Shown piece by piece: positions 9,904 to 18,689 of a stretch of 64,000 nucleotides of DNA. Under the pieces are notes generated by a model. It was not told the origin of the DNA, searched no databases, and saw only the letters and a program-made list of their open reading frames with translations. Positions within the stretch are counted from its first letter, which is position 1, and every line of letters starts with the position of its first letter. The translations under genes were made by a program, and so were the position numbers. Where the stretch lies: positions 96,001 through 160,000 of the forward strand of contig CAWCNY010000005.1 in assembly GCA_963797095.1 (NCBI GenBank). The letters run 5' to 3'. Origin of the DNA: an uncultured Chloroflexia bacterium (GTDB lineage: Bacteria > Chloroflexota > Chloroflexia > QHBQ01 > JADMIH01).

Positions 9904-10148
9904 CAGTTCTTTCGCTCATTTTTGGGCTAATTGGAGAAATTGCACGCTTAGCATAAGCCTCTCGGTTTGATAAGTGGCCGAATTGGGCTCCAAAGACCGG
10001 TTTTGGGCCTTGCCACAAGGGTTGGGGCCTCGAGGTCTGAGAAACACATTCGATGGCTGACCTCCATTTAGTGAGTTGATGATGTCGAACACTAGATGTA
10101 GTGCCTCGGCAATTCTCAGAACCACTTAGAAAATGAGCGAACGATCTG
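9904..10148. mobile_element. MITE-like element with 19-bp imperfect terminal inverted repeats
   Basis: CAGTTCTTTCGCTCATTTT (9904-9922) matches the reverse complement of 10130-10148 (CAGATCGTTCGCTCATTTT) at 17/19; flanks CAGCAA / CAGGAA. Confidence 0.55.
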
Positions 10149-10150
10149 CA

Positions 10151-10177
10151 GGAACTTGGAACTTGGAACTTGGAACT
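10151..10177. repeat. (GGAACTT)x~4 heptamer tandem repeat
   Basis: ggaactt ggaactt ggaactt ggaact. Confidence 0.75.
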
Positions 10178-10190
10178 CGCCTAATAGGTT

Positions 10191-10514
10191 ATGAACATCA
10201 GAGTAACCAAACTTTACCAGGGAGCGCCGCACGGAGCGATTGAGGTGGCGTTCAACTCGTCGCCTGAGGGGGAGCGCATGATGGCCGAGATCCGCGAGGC
10301 CACCGGACTCCCATTTGAGCGCCCGACAGGCAACCGTTTTGCTTTGCGAGAGCTTCACATTGCCGAGGTAGGTGGAGAAGAGGCGCTGGAGGCGGCATAC
10401 GTGCAAGTGGTAGAGATCGCGGAGAGATACGATGAGGTGCACGACTCTCAGAAGAACATGAAAGGCCCGGGCGAAGTCACGCCCAACGAACTTGGCAGGG
10501 CTTTGGAGCGATGA
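10191..10514 (+). CDS. Hypothetical protein
   Basis: 107-aa ORF with plausible composition; ATGA overlap with the ferredoxin gene. Confidence 0.7.
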   Translation: MNIRVTKLYQGAPHGAIEVAFNSSPEGERMMAEIREATGLPFERPTGNRFALRELHIAEVGGEEALEAAYVQVVEIAERYDEVHDSQKNMKGPGEVTPNELGRALER

Positions 10515-10726
10515 GCTACATCATTTCGATTGATCAGTCTCGCTGCATTGGGGCCGGAAACTGTGTGCATATTGCGCCCAGGACCTTCCAATTGGACGAA
10601 GAGAACATCGCCTATCTTGTCGACCCTACTGCTGAGGACGACGAGACGATACTGGATGCGGCGCGCTCCTGCCCAACGGATGCTATCTACCTGGACACCG
10701 AAGATGGGCAGGCCATCTATCCATAA
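10511..10726 (+). CDS. Ferredoxin, probably [3Fe-4S]
   Basis: CIGAGNC...AP..F...AARSCPTDAI (second Cys of CxxCxxC replaced by Ala). Confidence 0.92.
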   Translation: MSYIISIDQSRCIGAGNCVHIAPRTFQLDEENIAYLVDPTAEDDETILDAARSCPTDAIYLDTEDGQAIYP

Positions 10727-10836
10727 CCGGGTGCGCCCAGGCACCAACTCTCCAGGCACCATCGCGCTAGAGAGGCACTTCTTGCCCGGCGGGCTGCACT
10801 TTGGGTATAATTGCTTTCTGTAGAGGTCGAACTACC

Positions 10837-12255
10837 ATGCACAACGAACAGGCGGATAGCGTGAATAAGAACTACTTCATCTGGACCGTGGGGTGCCAGA
10901 TGAATGTAGCCGACTCCAATTACGTGGCGGCAGCGCTCCAGAAGCGAGGCTATGCCGAGACGGATAACCTGGAATCGGCTAATGTGGTCGTGCTCAATTC
11001 ATGCGTGGTAAGGCAGGCGGCGGAAGACCGCATAGTCGGTAAGCTGGGCGAAGTGGCGGTGCTCAAAAAGAAGAAACCCGACCTCTTTCTGGCGCTCACG
11101 GGCTGCATGGTGACGGAAGACCAGACTACGTTACGCCGCCGGTTCCCAATGGTGGACCTTTTCTTCAAGCCCTCTGCTGTCAACGACTTTCTGGTGGGCT
11201 TGCCGGAGAACTCGGCCCCCGACCTGGGCGAATACGGCGTTGCCCTTGCTCTTGAAGGGTTGCTACCCACGGCGCAAGCAGGCGGGATCGCTGCCTATAT
11301 ACCGATCATCTACGGGTGCAACAAGACATGCACCTACTGTATTGTTCCCTTCCGCAGAGGGAAAGAGCGCTCGCGCACGATTGATGATATTGCCGCCGAG
11401 GTGGAGCGTCTTGTTGAGCAGGGCGTGCGTGAAGTCACGCTGCTGGGACAAAATGTAGATACTTACGGCCACGACCTCACTGAATGGACCGACCTGGCGG
11501 CGCTGCTCGCACGCCTCAACGAGATCGATGACCTGTGGCGCATCCGGTTCCTGACCTCGCACCCCAAAGATATGGCCCAAAACCTGATCGAGGCTGTGGC
11601 GTACCTTCCGAAGGCTATGGAACATATTAATCTGCCGGTGCAGGCGGGTGATGACGAAGTGATCAAGCGCATGAAAAGACGCTACACACTTCGCTACTAC
11701 CGCGATCTCATCCGCCGTATCCGCGAGACAATCCCTGATGTTACACTCGCCACCGACATCATCGTGGGATTTCCCGGCGAATCGCACGACCAGTTCATGC
11801 GTACAATGGACCTCCTTCAGGAAATCAGGTTTGACAAGGTGCACGTCGCTGCCTACTCTCCGCGCCCTGGGACGGTGGCGGCAGGCTGGCCCGACAATGT
11901 CACTCACGACGAAAAGATGATGCGTCTGCACGCCGTTGAGATGCTCCAGGAGCAGATTGGCCGCGAGTTGAACGAACGGCACGTGGACACCGAGATGGAG
12001 ATTCTGGTGGAAGGCGCAGAGCGCGGCAGATGGATGGGGCGCACCAGGGGCAACAAGATCGTATTCTTCCCGATGGACAACCCCAAAGACGACCGCACCG
12101 GGCAATTACTCCTCGCCAGGATCGACGCCGCAGGACCCTGGTCCATGCAAGGCTCGCTCGTAAAGGTTCTGCGACAGACCCCACCCGCCCTCAAATCTCT
12201 CCTGAGCGCCCACAACCGGCACGTCAGTATTCCCCTTACGCCGGCCACTCGATAA
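10837..12255 (+). CDS. miaB: tRNA-2-methylthio-N6-dimethylallyladenosine synthase
   Basis: GCQMN, NSCVVR, radical SAM motif CNKTCTYC, TSHP, DIIVGFPGE, TRAM domain. Confidence 0.96.
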   Translation: MHNEQADSVNKNYFIWTVGCQMNVADSNYVAAALQKRGYAETDNLESANVVVLNSCVVRQAAEDRIVGKLGEVAVLKKKKPDLFLALTGCMVTEDQTTLRRRFPMVDLFFKPSAVNDFLVGLPENSAPDLGEYGVALALEGLLPTAQAGGIAAYIPIIYGCNKTCTYCIVPFRRGKERSRTIDDIAAEVERLVEQGVREVTLLGQNVDTYGHDLTEWTDLAALLARLNEIDDLWRIRFLTSHPKDMAQNLIEAVAYLPKAMEHINLPVQAGDDEVIKRMKRRYTLRYYRDLIRRIRETIPDVTLATDIIVGFPGESHDQFMRTMDLLQEIRFDKVHVAAYSPRPGTVAAGWPDNVTHDEKMMRLHAVEMLQEQIGRELNERHVDTEMEILVEGAERGRWMGRTRGNKIVFFPMDNPKDDRTGQLLLARIDAAGPWSMQGSLVKVLRQTPPALKSLLSAHNRHVSIPLTPATR

Positions 12256-12305
12256 GCTGCTTCCCTGATAAAACAGTGTTCGGTAAGAATGAAGGCTTGA
12301 CGGGC

Positions 12306-12334
12306 TTGCACATATTGCCGGATAGGATTATAGT
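12306..12334 (+). promoter_or_regulatory. Sigma70-type promoter
   Basis: TTGCAC-17 nt-TATAGT. Confidence 0.55.
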
Positions 12335-12803
12335 ATGCGCGGCACTTTGGCCGTCGTGCCGGCACCCTTCGCGTAGTGGCTGTAATTAGGACTATGGCAG
12401 TGGCCCTTGCTCGACACGTAAGTGCAGGCCAGGGTACGCTCTAAGACCGCATGCCCACAACGAAATGAGGGGCGACGGAGTGGTACTACTTACTACCAGA
12501 GAAGTAGTCATAAGGTACTCCCAAAGACTGTTAAACTAATTGTTACTTTAATCGTATATAATATGCACCCGCATTGTGCCCGGTGGGTGATGATGGCACA
12601 AACTGTGCTGAATAACCCGCTCCCAGGCACCTTAGTGGTCCGGCAGCAAGCGGGATGTGGAAAATGGTGTTCATAAACGACTTGATCTTTTGAACCAAAG
12701 AGCCTAATCATACGTTACATAGAGAAAGGGTGTAAAAGAGCAGAGGCCCAAACACCGGGTCTGGCGGCTAGACCAACAAGCCACTGCGGAAGCGAGAAAA
12801 GCA

Positions 12804-13658
12804 ATGATGAACCAAGCAGAAGACAGAATCAGACTCCGGCGCGTGCTTCCTGAACGCGCTATAGCACTTGCGATGGAAAACAGGTGGTCGGAAGCCGCCG
12901 ATATCAATCGCAAAATCATCGAGCTATACCCAAACGACGCCGACGCCTATAACCGCCTCGGGAAAGCCCTACTTGAAATGGGGCGCTACCGCGACGCACT
13001 GGCGACCTACCAGCGTGCGGTCGAGCTTGATCCCAATAACATGATCGCCAAGAAAAATGTGGAACGGTTGGCCCACCTGGCTGACAAGGCCCAGGAGCCT
13101 ACCCGCTTGACTCAGCCCGCGGCCCAGGCCAAGCCTGCCGAGGGGGCGCGCATTAACCCGACCATGTTCATCGAAGAGACCGGCAAGACCGGTGTCACCA
13201 CCCTCATTAATCTCGGCCCCGCCGAATTGCTGATCGATGTGGCGGCGGGCCAGCACGTTGACCTTCGCGCCAACGGCAGCAAGCTTGAGGTGTACGACGA
13301 GGACGGCCAGTACGTCGGCCAGGTGGAACCCAAGCTTGCCAAGCGGCTGATCGACCTCATCCAGACGGGCAATCGTTACACGGCAGCTGTGACCACAGCT
13401 GACAAGACCGTTTCGATCATTATCAGAGAGACCTATCAGCACCCGACTAACCGGGGCAAGTTCTCCTTCCCACCTAAGGCCCTGCCGACCGGCGCGTACC
13501 GCCCTTACATGCGCGAAGGTGCCCTCCGCTATGGTATGGAGGAAGACGAGGACTCGATTTACGACTTCGAAGGCGACGACGGCGATGTCGATGCCGAAGA
13601 CAATGACGAAGAACTGGAGTACGACGAAGACGACTCGGACGAGGAAGAAGAGGTCTAA
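12804..13658 (+). CDS. TPR-repeat protein with OB-like middle region and acidic tail
   Basis: DADAYNRLGKALLEMGRYRDALATYQRAVELDPNN (TPR); D/E-rich C-terminus. Confidence 0.88.
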   Translation: MMNQAEDRIRLRRVLPERAIALAMENRWSEAADINRKIIELYPNDADAYNRLGKALLEMGRYRDALATYQRAVELDPNNMIAKKNVERLAHLADKAQEPTRLTQPAAQAKPAEGARINPTMFIEETGKTGVTTLINLGPAELLIDVAAGQHVDLRANGSKLEVYDEDGQYVGQVEPKLAKRLIDLIQTGNRYTAAVTTADKTVSIIIRETYQHPTNRGKFSFPPKALPTGAYRPYMREGALRYGMEEDEDSIYDFEGDDGDVDAEDNDEELEYDEDDSDEEEEV

Positions 13659-13680
13659 CTTTCAGACTGTCCCTTGAATC

Positions 13681-13717
13681 AAAGAGAGAAGGCTGCGCTT
13701 GGCGGCCTTCTCTCTTG
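13681..13717. terminator. Bidirectional intrinsic terminator
   Basis: AAGAGAGAAGGC..GCCTTCTCTCTT hairpin between convergent genes. Confidence 0.75.
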
Positions 13718-13748
13718 TCTTATCAATCCCGTCGCCCGAAGGCTCAGG

Positions 13749-14204
13749 CTACATGTTGAGCACAAACGCCAACACAATAATAATCGCCAGACATATTACA
13801 GTAAGGGTAATCAGCTTACGGATGTCGGCGCGAACATAATGCATTTCGTCCTCGATAGACAGGGTGTTCATTGCCATCCTGGCTCGCGTAGCCCGGCTGG
13901 CAGCAATGGCACGCCGCTGGCCCGCAGTAGGCATAGCGGTGGAACCGCTTGTGCGGTTCATGGAACGCGTGGCAGCTGACGCAGACGACGAGGTGACATT
14001 GGCAGGCATGGGGCGCAACTGGGCCTGCTGGTACCCGGTGCTCTCTTCGGTCTCGTCTAGGGGCGCATCTTCAACCGCAGCCGACGATGAGGCGCGCTGC
14101 GAGGTGACCGGTCGTGTAGGCTCGCCGCTAACCTGGGCGTCCACCCGTCTGCGCCACTGTTCTTGCCTGGCGCGCTGCTGAGTATTCCTGCTCTTCTTTG
14201 GCAT
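13749..14204 (-). CDS. Hypothetical protein with C-terminal transmembrane helix
   Basis: Basic N-terminus; ..EMHYVRADIRKL followed by a hydrophobic tail. Confidence 0.75.
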   Translation of the reverse strand: MPKKSRNTQQRARQEQWRRRVDAQVSGEPTRPVTSQRASSSAAVEDAPLDETEESTGYQQAQLRPMPANVTSSSASAATRSMNRTSGSTAMPTAGQRRAIAASRATRARMAMNTLSIEDEMHYVRADIRKLITLTVICLAIIIVLAFVLNM

Positions 14205-14219
14205 CCCTGTGAATTCTCC

Positions 14220-14624
14220 TTACTGCTCTGTCCCATCGTGGCCCGGCTTACCCGCGACCCGGTACTCACCCTCGATTGGATTTGTATCACGCGACGTACG
14301 ACGCGTTGGCTCCCCGCCCGGTCTCTCAGGCTCCATGCCGAGGGCCCGCCGGTGCTCATCTACCACGGGTTCGGGTGCAAGCCTGATAAAGAGCGCCATC
14401 CCAAGTAACACCACACCCAGGTCATCCAGTTGACCAAGTCCCAGCAGGAAATCCGGGATCAGGTCCACCGGCGAAATGAAGTAGAATAGCACCACCAACG
14501 GGATGCCCAATTTCAGCCACAACTGCACGCGGTCATCATTCATCAACCGCCACACCAGGCGGCCCCGCTCCATTAGCTCGTTGAGCATTCCGCTTCCGCT
14601 TTCGTTCTGCCTCTGCTGTGCCAT
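14220..14624 (-). CDS. YkvA / DUF1232 family membrane protein
   Basis: YFISPVDLIPDFLLGLGQLDD. Confidence 0.9.
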   Translation of the reverse strand: MAQQRQNESGSGMLNELMERGRLVWRLMNDDRVQLWLKLGIPLVVLFYFISPVDLIPDFLLGLGQLDDLGVVLLGMALFIRLAPEPVVDEHRRALGMEPERPGGEPTRRTSRDTNPIEGEYRVAGKPGHDGTEQ

Positions 14625-14732
14625 CGCCTGCGCGACCTCGCAACTGCTTGATTCGTGGTGTGGGAACGTCGGAAGGCATAACCTCCCAGCGTGACTCCAC
14701 TATTATAACCCGCCCCTCGCCCTTTTGCAAAC

Positions 14733-14762
14733 TTGTCGCCCTCTCCGACGCTGTGGTATAAT
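14733..14762 (+). promoter_or_regulatory. Promoter for tRNA-Cys
   Basis: TTGTCG-18 nt-TATAAT with extended TG. Confidence 0.6.
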
Positions 14763-14817
14763 CACACGTGCGCCATGTATAGACCGCTTCGGGATGCGGC
14801 GCGCAAACGCGTTCCCC

Positions 14818-14888
14818 GGCACCGTGGCCAAGTGGCAAGGCAGAGCTCTGCAAAAGCTCGATCAGCGGTTCGAATCCGCTCGGTGCCT
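14818..14888 (+). tRNA. tRNA-Cys (GCA)
   Basis: Acceptor stem GGCACCG/CGGTGCC, D-arm with TGG, anticodon arm GAGCT-CT GCA AA-AGCTC, T-loop GGTTCGAATCC; CCA not fully encoded. Confidence 0.97.
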
Positions 14889-14994
14889 CCCCAAGATTGC
14901 GGATTGCGACTTATGCAATCCGCAAGTTCGCCATAACGCGAACGATGCGGCAAGCACAACATACTCGTTTTGAACTACGATATCGAACACAAAT

Positions 14995-15288
14995 ATGATT
15001 GTCGGCACAGCCCGTATCACCATCTATCTCCCTGAGAACTATTCGCTGAAGGACAAGCGGCAGGACGTAAAGTCTCTCCTTGCCCGCATTTCCAACCAGT
15101 TCCACATCGCAGCTTCCGAGGTTGCCGATCATGAACTGTGGGAGATCGCAACAATAGGAGTGGCCTGCGTCAGCACAGATGCTCGCCATGCTAACGAGAT
15201 AATCTCCAAAGTAGTCAACTGGATCGACGCCAACCTCCAGGAAGGGCACATCCAGGACTACGAAATCGAGATCGTGCATCTAGGCTGA
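14995..15288 (+). CDS. DUF503 family protein
   Basis: SLKDKRQ.VKSL..RI...F.IAASEV..HELW. Confidence 0.9.
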   Translation: MIVGTARITIYLPENYSLKDKRQDVKSLLARISNQFHIAASEVADHELWEIATIGVACVSTDARHANEIISKVVNWIDANLQEGHIQDYEIEIVHLG

Positions 15289-15292
15289 CGAA

Positions 15293-15321
15293 TTGACACG
15301 GCCCCTTTTCCACTATAAACT
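15293..15321 (+). promoter_or_regulatory. Sigma70-type promoter of the amidase gene
   Basis: TTGACA-17 nt-TAAACT. Confidence 0.65.
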
Positions 15322-15369
15322 CGCCTCTAGACGCGGCTCTCTCTTTCGATCCTGCCGGAGGCGTATCAT

Positions 15370-18201
15370 ATGCTTTTTACGGGCCTGCCAGGCGGCGCAC
15401 GCCGCTCACACCGGAGCGCCGGGAGTGCAGGTTGGACGCCAGGGTGGCTCACACAGTGGTTCCACTCTCGCGGTCACATCCGCAAACCACTTCGCATCCT
15501 CTATCTGATCCTCTTTATCTCGCTCACAACTTTACCTGCCGGTTCACTGGCCTCGACGGTAAGCCTTCCGCCCAGGGCGGGCAGCGACGCGCCAAGCGCG
15601 TTGCCGCTCGTTAGCGGGGCCGACTACTCGTATACGGGCACACTGTTTAGCGAAGGCGACGGCGGGCAGGATATGAAGGATGAGTCGTTCAAGGGTGACC
15701 TCACCCTACCTCCCGATTCGATGGAAGCCTTCTTCACTTCCGAGCCTACGCGCGCGCCGATCGATTTCACCGATGTCGCAGCACATTGGTTCGCAGACAC
15801 GCCAGACCCTACCAGTGTAAGCGTTGAAGTGCGCACCAGCAAAGATGGGCAAACCTGGACCGATTGGCAGTTTGCCGACCCTGACGACATCGTGATGGGA
15901 GACGATCCGTATACCGAGACTTTCGCCAGCCTCGTCTCGGTCAACCAGTACGACCGCACGCACCGTTATGTGCAGAGCCGGATCACGCTCGAATCGGGGT
16001 GGAAAGGGCAAACCCCCACCTTCTATAGCCTGGCCTACACGTTCGTCAACGCGGGTGTTACGCCCAACCCACCACAGGCTCAGGTCATGGTCCAGGGTAC
16101 GCCGTCTGATGTGCCCAAGCCGCCGATAGTATCGCGCAAAGACTGGGGGTCGCCGGAGGGAGAGAGCAGCCCGAAATGGACCCCGGTTTACAAGCGCGTG
16201 ACGCACATGGTGATCCACCACACGGCTACATCCAACAACGACACCGACTTCGCAGCACGAGTGCGCTCGATCTGGTATTACCACGCCAAAACACGCGGGT
16301 GGGGAGACATCGGCTATAACTACCTGATCGATCCGAATGGGGTCATTTACGAAGGGAGGGCCGGGGGCGACGATGTGGAGGCGGGGCACGCCTACCCGTT
16401 CAACGTCGGCACCATGGGCGTGGGCATGATTGGCGATTTCATGAAGGTGACCCCCACGCAAGCGGCACAGCAATCGTTGGTAGAGCTGCTTTCCTGGAAG
16501 TCCGCCCAGCGCGGTATCGACCCGCACGCCATTGAGCCGATAACCGGCTACACCGACTGTGGCGGCAAGGTCATCTACGAGCGGAACACTATAGCAGGGC
16601 ACCGCGACTACAAAGGCGAGGCGTGCAATCGCAAGTTCAACACATCCACCTGCCCAGGTGATGTTCTCGAAGCTCTACTTCCAACAATACGGGACGAAGT
16701 AGTGCTGGACCAACCGCCGTTACGGGCTAATTTCGGAACCCACGATACGCCGGGCAACCTGGAACCCGGCGCAACTGTGGATGTACGCCTTACGGTGCGC
16801 AACAGCGGAGCACTTACCTGGCAGACTGGAGGCGACCAATCGGTCGTGATGGGGTACAGGTGGCTCACGCCGGACAACCAGCCCGTGCCAGAGTGGCAAG
16901 ATATAAAATCACCGTTGCCAGGGCAGGTCAGCTTCGCGACTACGATGACGATGACGGCCAAGTTGAACGCGCCTAACATACCGGGCCATTACGTCCTGCT
17001 GTGGGATCTGTATGTGGAGGGGCAGGGCTGGTTCAGCGATCAAGGTTCTGAGCCGCTGCGCGTTGACGTGGTGGTGGGACGCAACCTAGATGACAAGACG
17101 CCACCATCCTCGCAGGTGCTGCCGCTGCCGGTGTGGAGCAGCAATACCGAGCTACCTATTCGGTGGGCGGGTGAAGACAACCCAAAGGGCGCTGGGATAG
17201 CCTCCTACGACATCCAGGTGAGGATCGCGCCAAACGGAGAGTGGACTGATTGGAAGACCGCCACCAGTGAGACGAGCGCAAGCTATATAGGCGAGGATGG
17301 CTACACTTACGAGTTCCGTTCCAGGGCGCGTGATGCCGCAGGAAACGTCGAGGAGTGGCCTCAGCAGGCCGACACCTACACCACAATTGATACACGCCCG
17401 CCTTCGCTGATAATCGATGATCCCGAACAGGGAGACCACGTTATGCCAGGCTTCCTATCGGTGAAGGGCCGCACGGAGCCGGGCACCTTCGTGGCGGTCA
17501 ACAACACACGCGCCGAGGAGTCGGGAGGCGTGTTCACTTCAACTTTAGAGGCAAGTGGGCGAGACTTCTCGATACATGTGACGGCGTCGGATGCGGCAGG
17601 AAACGTGTCGAGCCTGGAAGTTGTTGTGCAGGCCGCCCCGCGCTTCGCGGACGTGCCAGTCGGGCACCCCGCGTTTCGGGCGGTCGAATACCTGAGCGAT
17701 AGGGGCGTGCTTGGCGGTTATACCGACGGACTCTTCAGGCCGGACACTCCCGCCACTCGCTCCCAGTTCGCCAAGATGATCGTGATTGCGATGGGCTGGG
17801 GATTGATCAACCCCCCGGAGCCACGCTTTACCGACGTGCCCCCTGAGCACCCACTTTACCCTTATATTGAGACCGCCGCGGCCAGGGGGATGCTGCCGGG
17901 CTTTCTCGACGGCACATTCGAGCCGAATATGCCGGTATCGAGGAGCGAGGCGCTTCTGACATTGCTGGCCGCCTCAGGCAAGACGTTGAACACGGCGGGC
18001 GCTCTGCTGGCCGACCTACCGCCCGATCATTGGGCAGCCACCTGCGACCCGGACCCAAGGCGCGGGCCAAGCTATTACGACAATACAACTTGCGGAAATA
18101 CGCCCGCCACGCGCGCCGATTCAGCGCTGCTCGTTTATAACCTCTACCGGAGCATGGAAAACATCGAGACCGGCACGCCGCTCGATGACCAGGGTAGATA
18201 G
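15370..18201 (+). CDS. Secreted N-acetylmuramoyl-L-alanine amidase (PGRP-like) with Ig/FN3-like and SLH domains; start uncertain
   Basis: VIHHTA, GWGDIGYNYLID, GHRD, TCPG; C-terminal SLH repeats FADVP..HP, GYTDGLFRPD.PATRSQ. Confidence 0.88.
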   Translation: MLFTGLPGGARRSHRSAGSAGWTPGWLTQWFHSRGHIRKPLRILYLILFISLTTLPAGSLASTVSLPPRAGSDAPSALPLVSGADYSYTGTLFSEGDGGQDMKDESFKGDLTLPPDSMEAFFTSEPTRAPIDFTDVAAHWFADTPDPTSVSVEVRTSKDGQTWTDWQFADPDDIVMGDDPYTETFASLVSVNQYDRTHRYVQSRITLESGWKGQTPTFYSLAYTFVNAGVTPNPPQAQVMVQGTPSDVPKPPIVSRKDWGSPEGESSPKWTPVYKRVTHMVIHHTATSNNDTDFAARVRSIWYYHAKTRGWGDIGYNYLIDPNGVIYEGRAGGDDVEAGHAYPFNVGTMGVGMIGDFMKVTPTQAAQQSLVELLSWKSAQRGIDPHAIEPITGYTDCGGKVIYERNTIAGHRDYKGEACNRKFNTSTCPGDVLEALLPTIRDEVVLDQPPLRANFGTHDTPGNLEPGATVDVRLTVRNSGALTWQTGGDQSVVMGYRWLTPDNQPVPEWQDIKSPLPGQVSFATTMTMTAKLNAPNIPGHYVLLWDLYVEGQGWFSDQGSEPLRVDVVVGRNLDDKTPPSSQVLPLPVWSSNTELPIRWAGEDNPKGAGIASYDIQVRIAPNGEWTDWKTATSETSASYIGEDGYTYEFRSRARDAAGNVEEWPQQADTYTTIDTRPPSLIIDDPEQGDHVMPGFLSVKGRTEPGTFVAVNNTRAEESGGVFTSTLEASGRDFSIHVTASDAAGNVSSLEVVVQAAPRFADVPVGHPAFRAVEYLSDRGVLGGYTDGLFRPDTPATRSQFAKMIVIAMGWGLINPPEPRFTDVPPEHPLYPYIETAAARGMLPGFLDGTFEPNMPVSRSEALLTLLAASGKTLNTAGALLADLPPDHWAATCDPDPRRGPSYYDNTTCGNTPATRADSALLVYNLYRSMENIETGTPLDDQGR

Positions 18202-18204
18202 TGA

Positions 18205-18257
18205 TTTCTTTATAAGGGAACTGGGCGGCAGAGCCGCCCAGTTCCCTTATAAAGAAA
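18205..18257. terminator. Perfect 25-bp inverted repeat, bidirectional terminator
   Basis: TTTCTTTATAAGGGAACTGGGCGGC-AGA-GCCGCCCAGTTCCCTTATAAAGAAA between convergent genes. Confidence 0.85.
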
Positions 18258-18268
18258 GTAATCTCTTC

Positions 18269-18532
18269 TCAAGCGTAGTATGCGCGTGTGAGCAGATTCT
18301 GCAGGAGGGCAATCAACAGGATAGCCGCCAGAGGCGAGAGATCGATAGGTAGATTAATGATCCTGCTGAGAAGAGACCGCAACGGCGCGAGGATAGGCTC
18401 GGTAAGGTCGACAAGCAGGCGCGTCCAGGGGTCGCGGCCCACAGGATAGAACCACGAGAGGAGCGCCCTGATAAGGATGAGCAGGTTGAGGAGGTTTAGC
18501 AACCAGATTACAATACTGAAAATGGCGTTCAT
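18269..18532 (-). CDS. yggT: YggT family membrane protein
   Basis: LIRALLSW...LTEPILAPLR...IDLSPL. Confidence 0.92.
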   Translation of the reverse strand: MNAIFSIVIWLLNLLNLLILIRALLSWFYPVGRDPWTRLLVDLTEPILAPLRSLLSRIINLPIDLSPLAAILLIALLQNLLTRAYYA

Positions 18533-18631
18533 GCACAGATCCCCTTAGGTTTTTCTATACAGATCTACGCGAGCATACAGACCGAAGTTTCACGACCGAA
18601 TACGCTCGCCATATATTATACAATGCGAAAT

Positions 18632-18666
18632 GAGAGGAGGTTGCCTTTCGAGCAACCTCCTCCTTC
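18632..18666 (-). terminator. Terminator hairpin downstream of rplY
   Basis: GAGGAGGTTGC-CTTTCGA-GCAACCTCCTC. Confidence 0.65.
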
Positions 18667-18689
18667 ATGTTGGCGACTGTAGCAATGAG

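Noticed and set aside
9916-10125. 69-aa - strand ORF
   Set aside because: It lies within the MITE-like element, has no RBS and shows no transposase motifs
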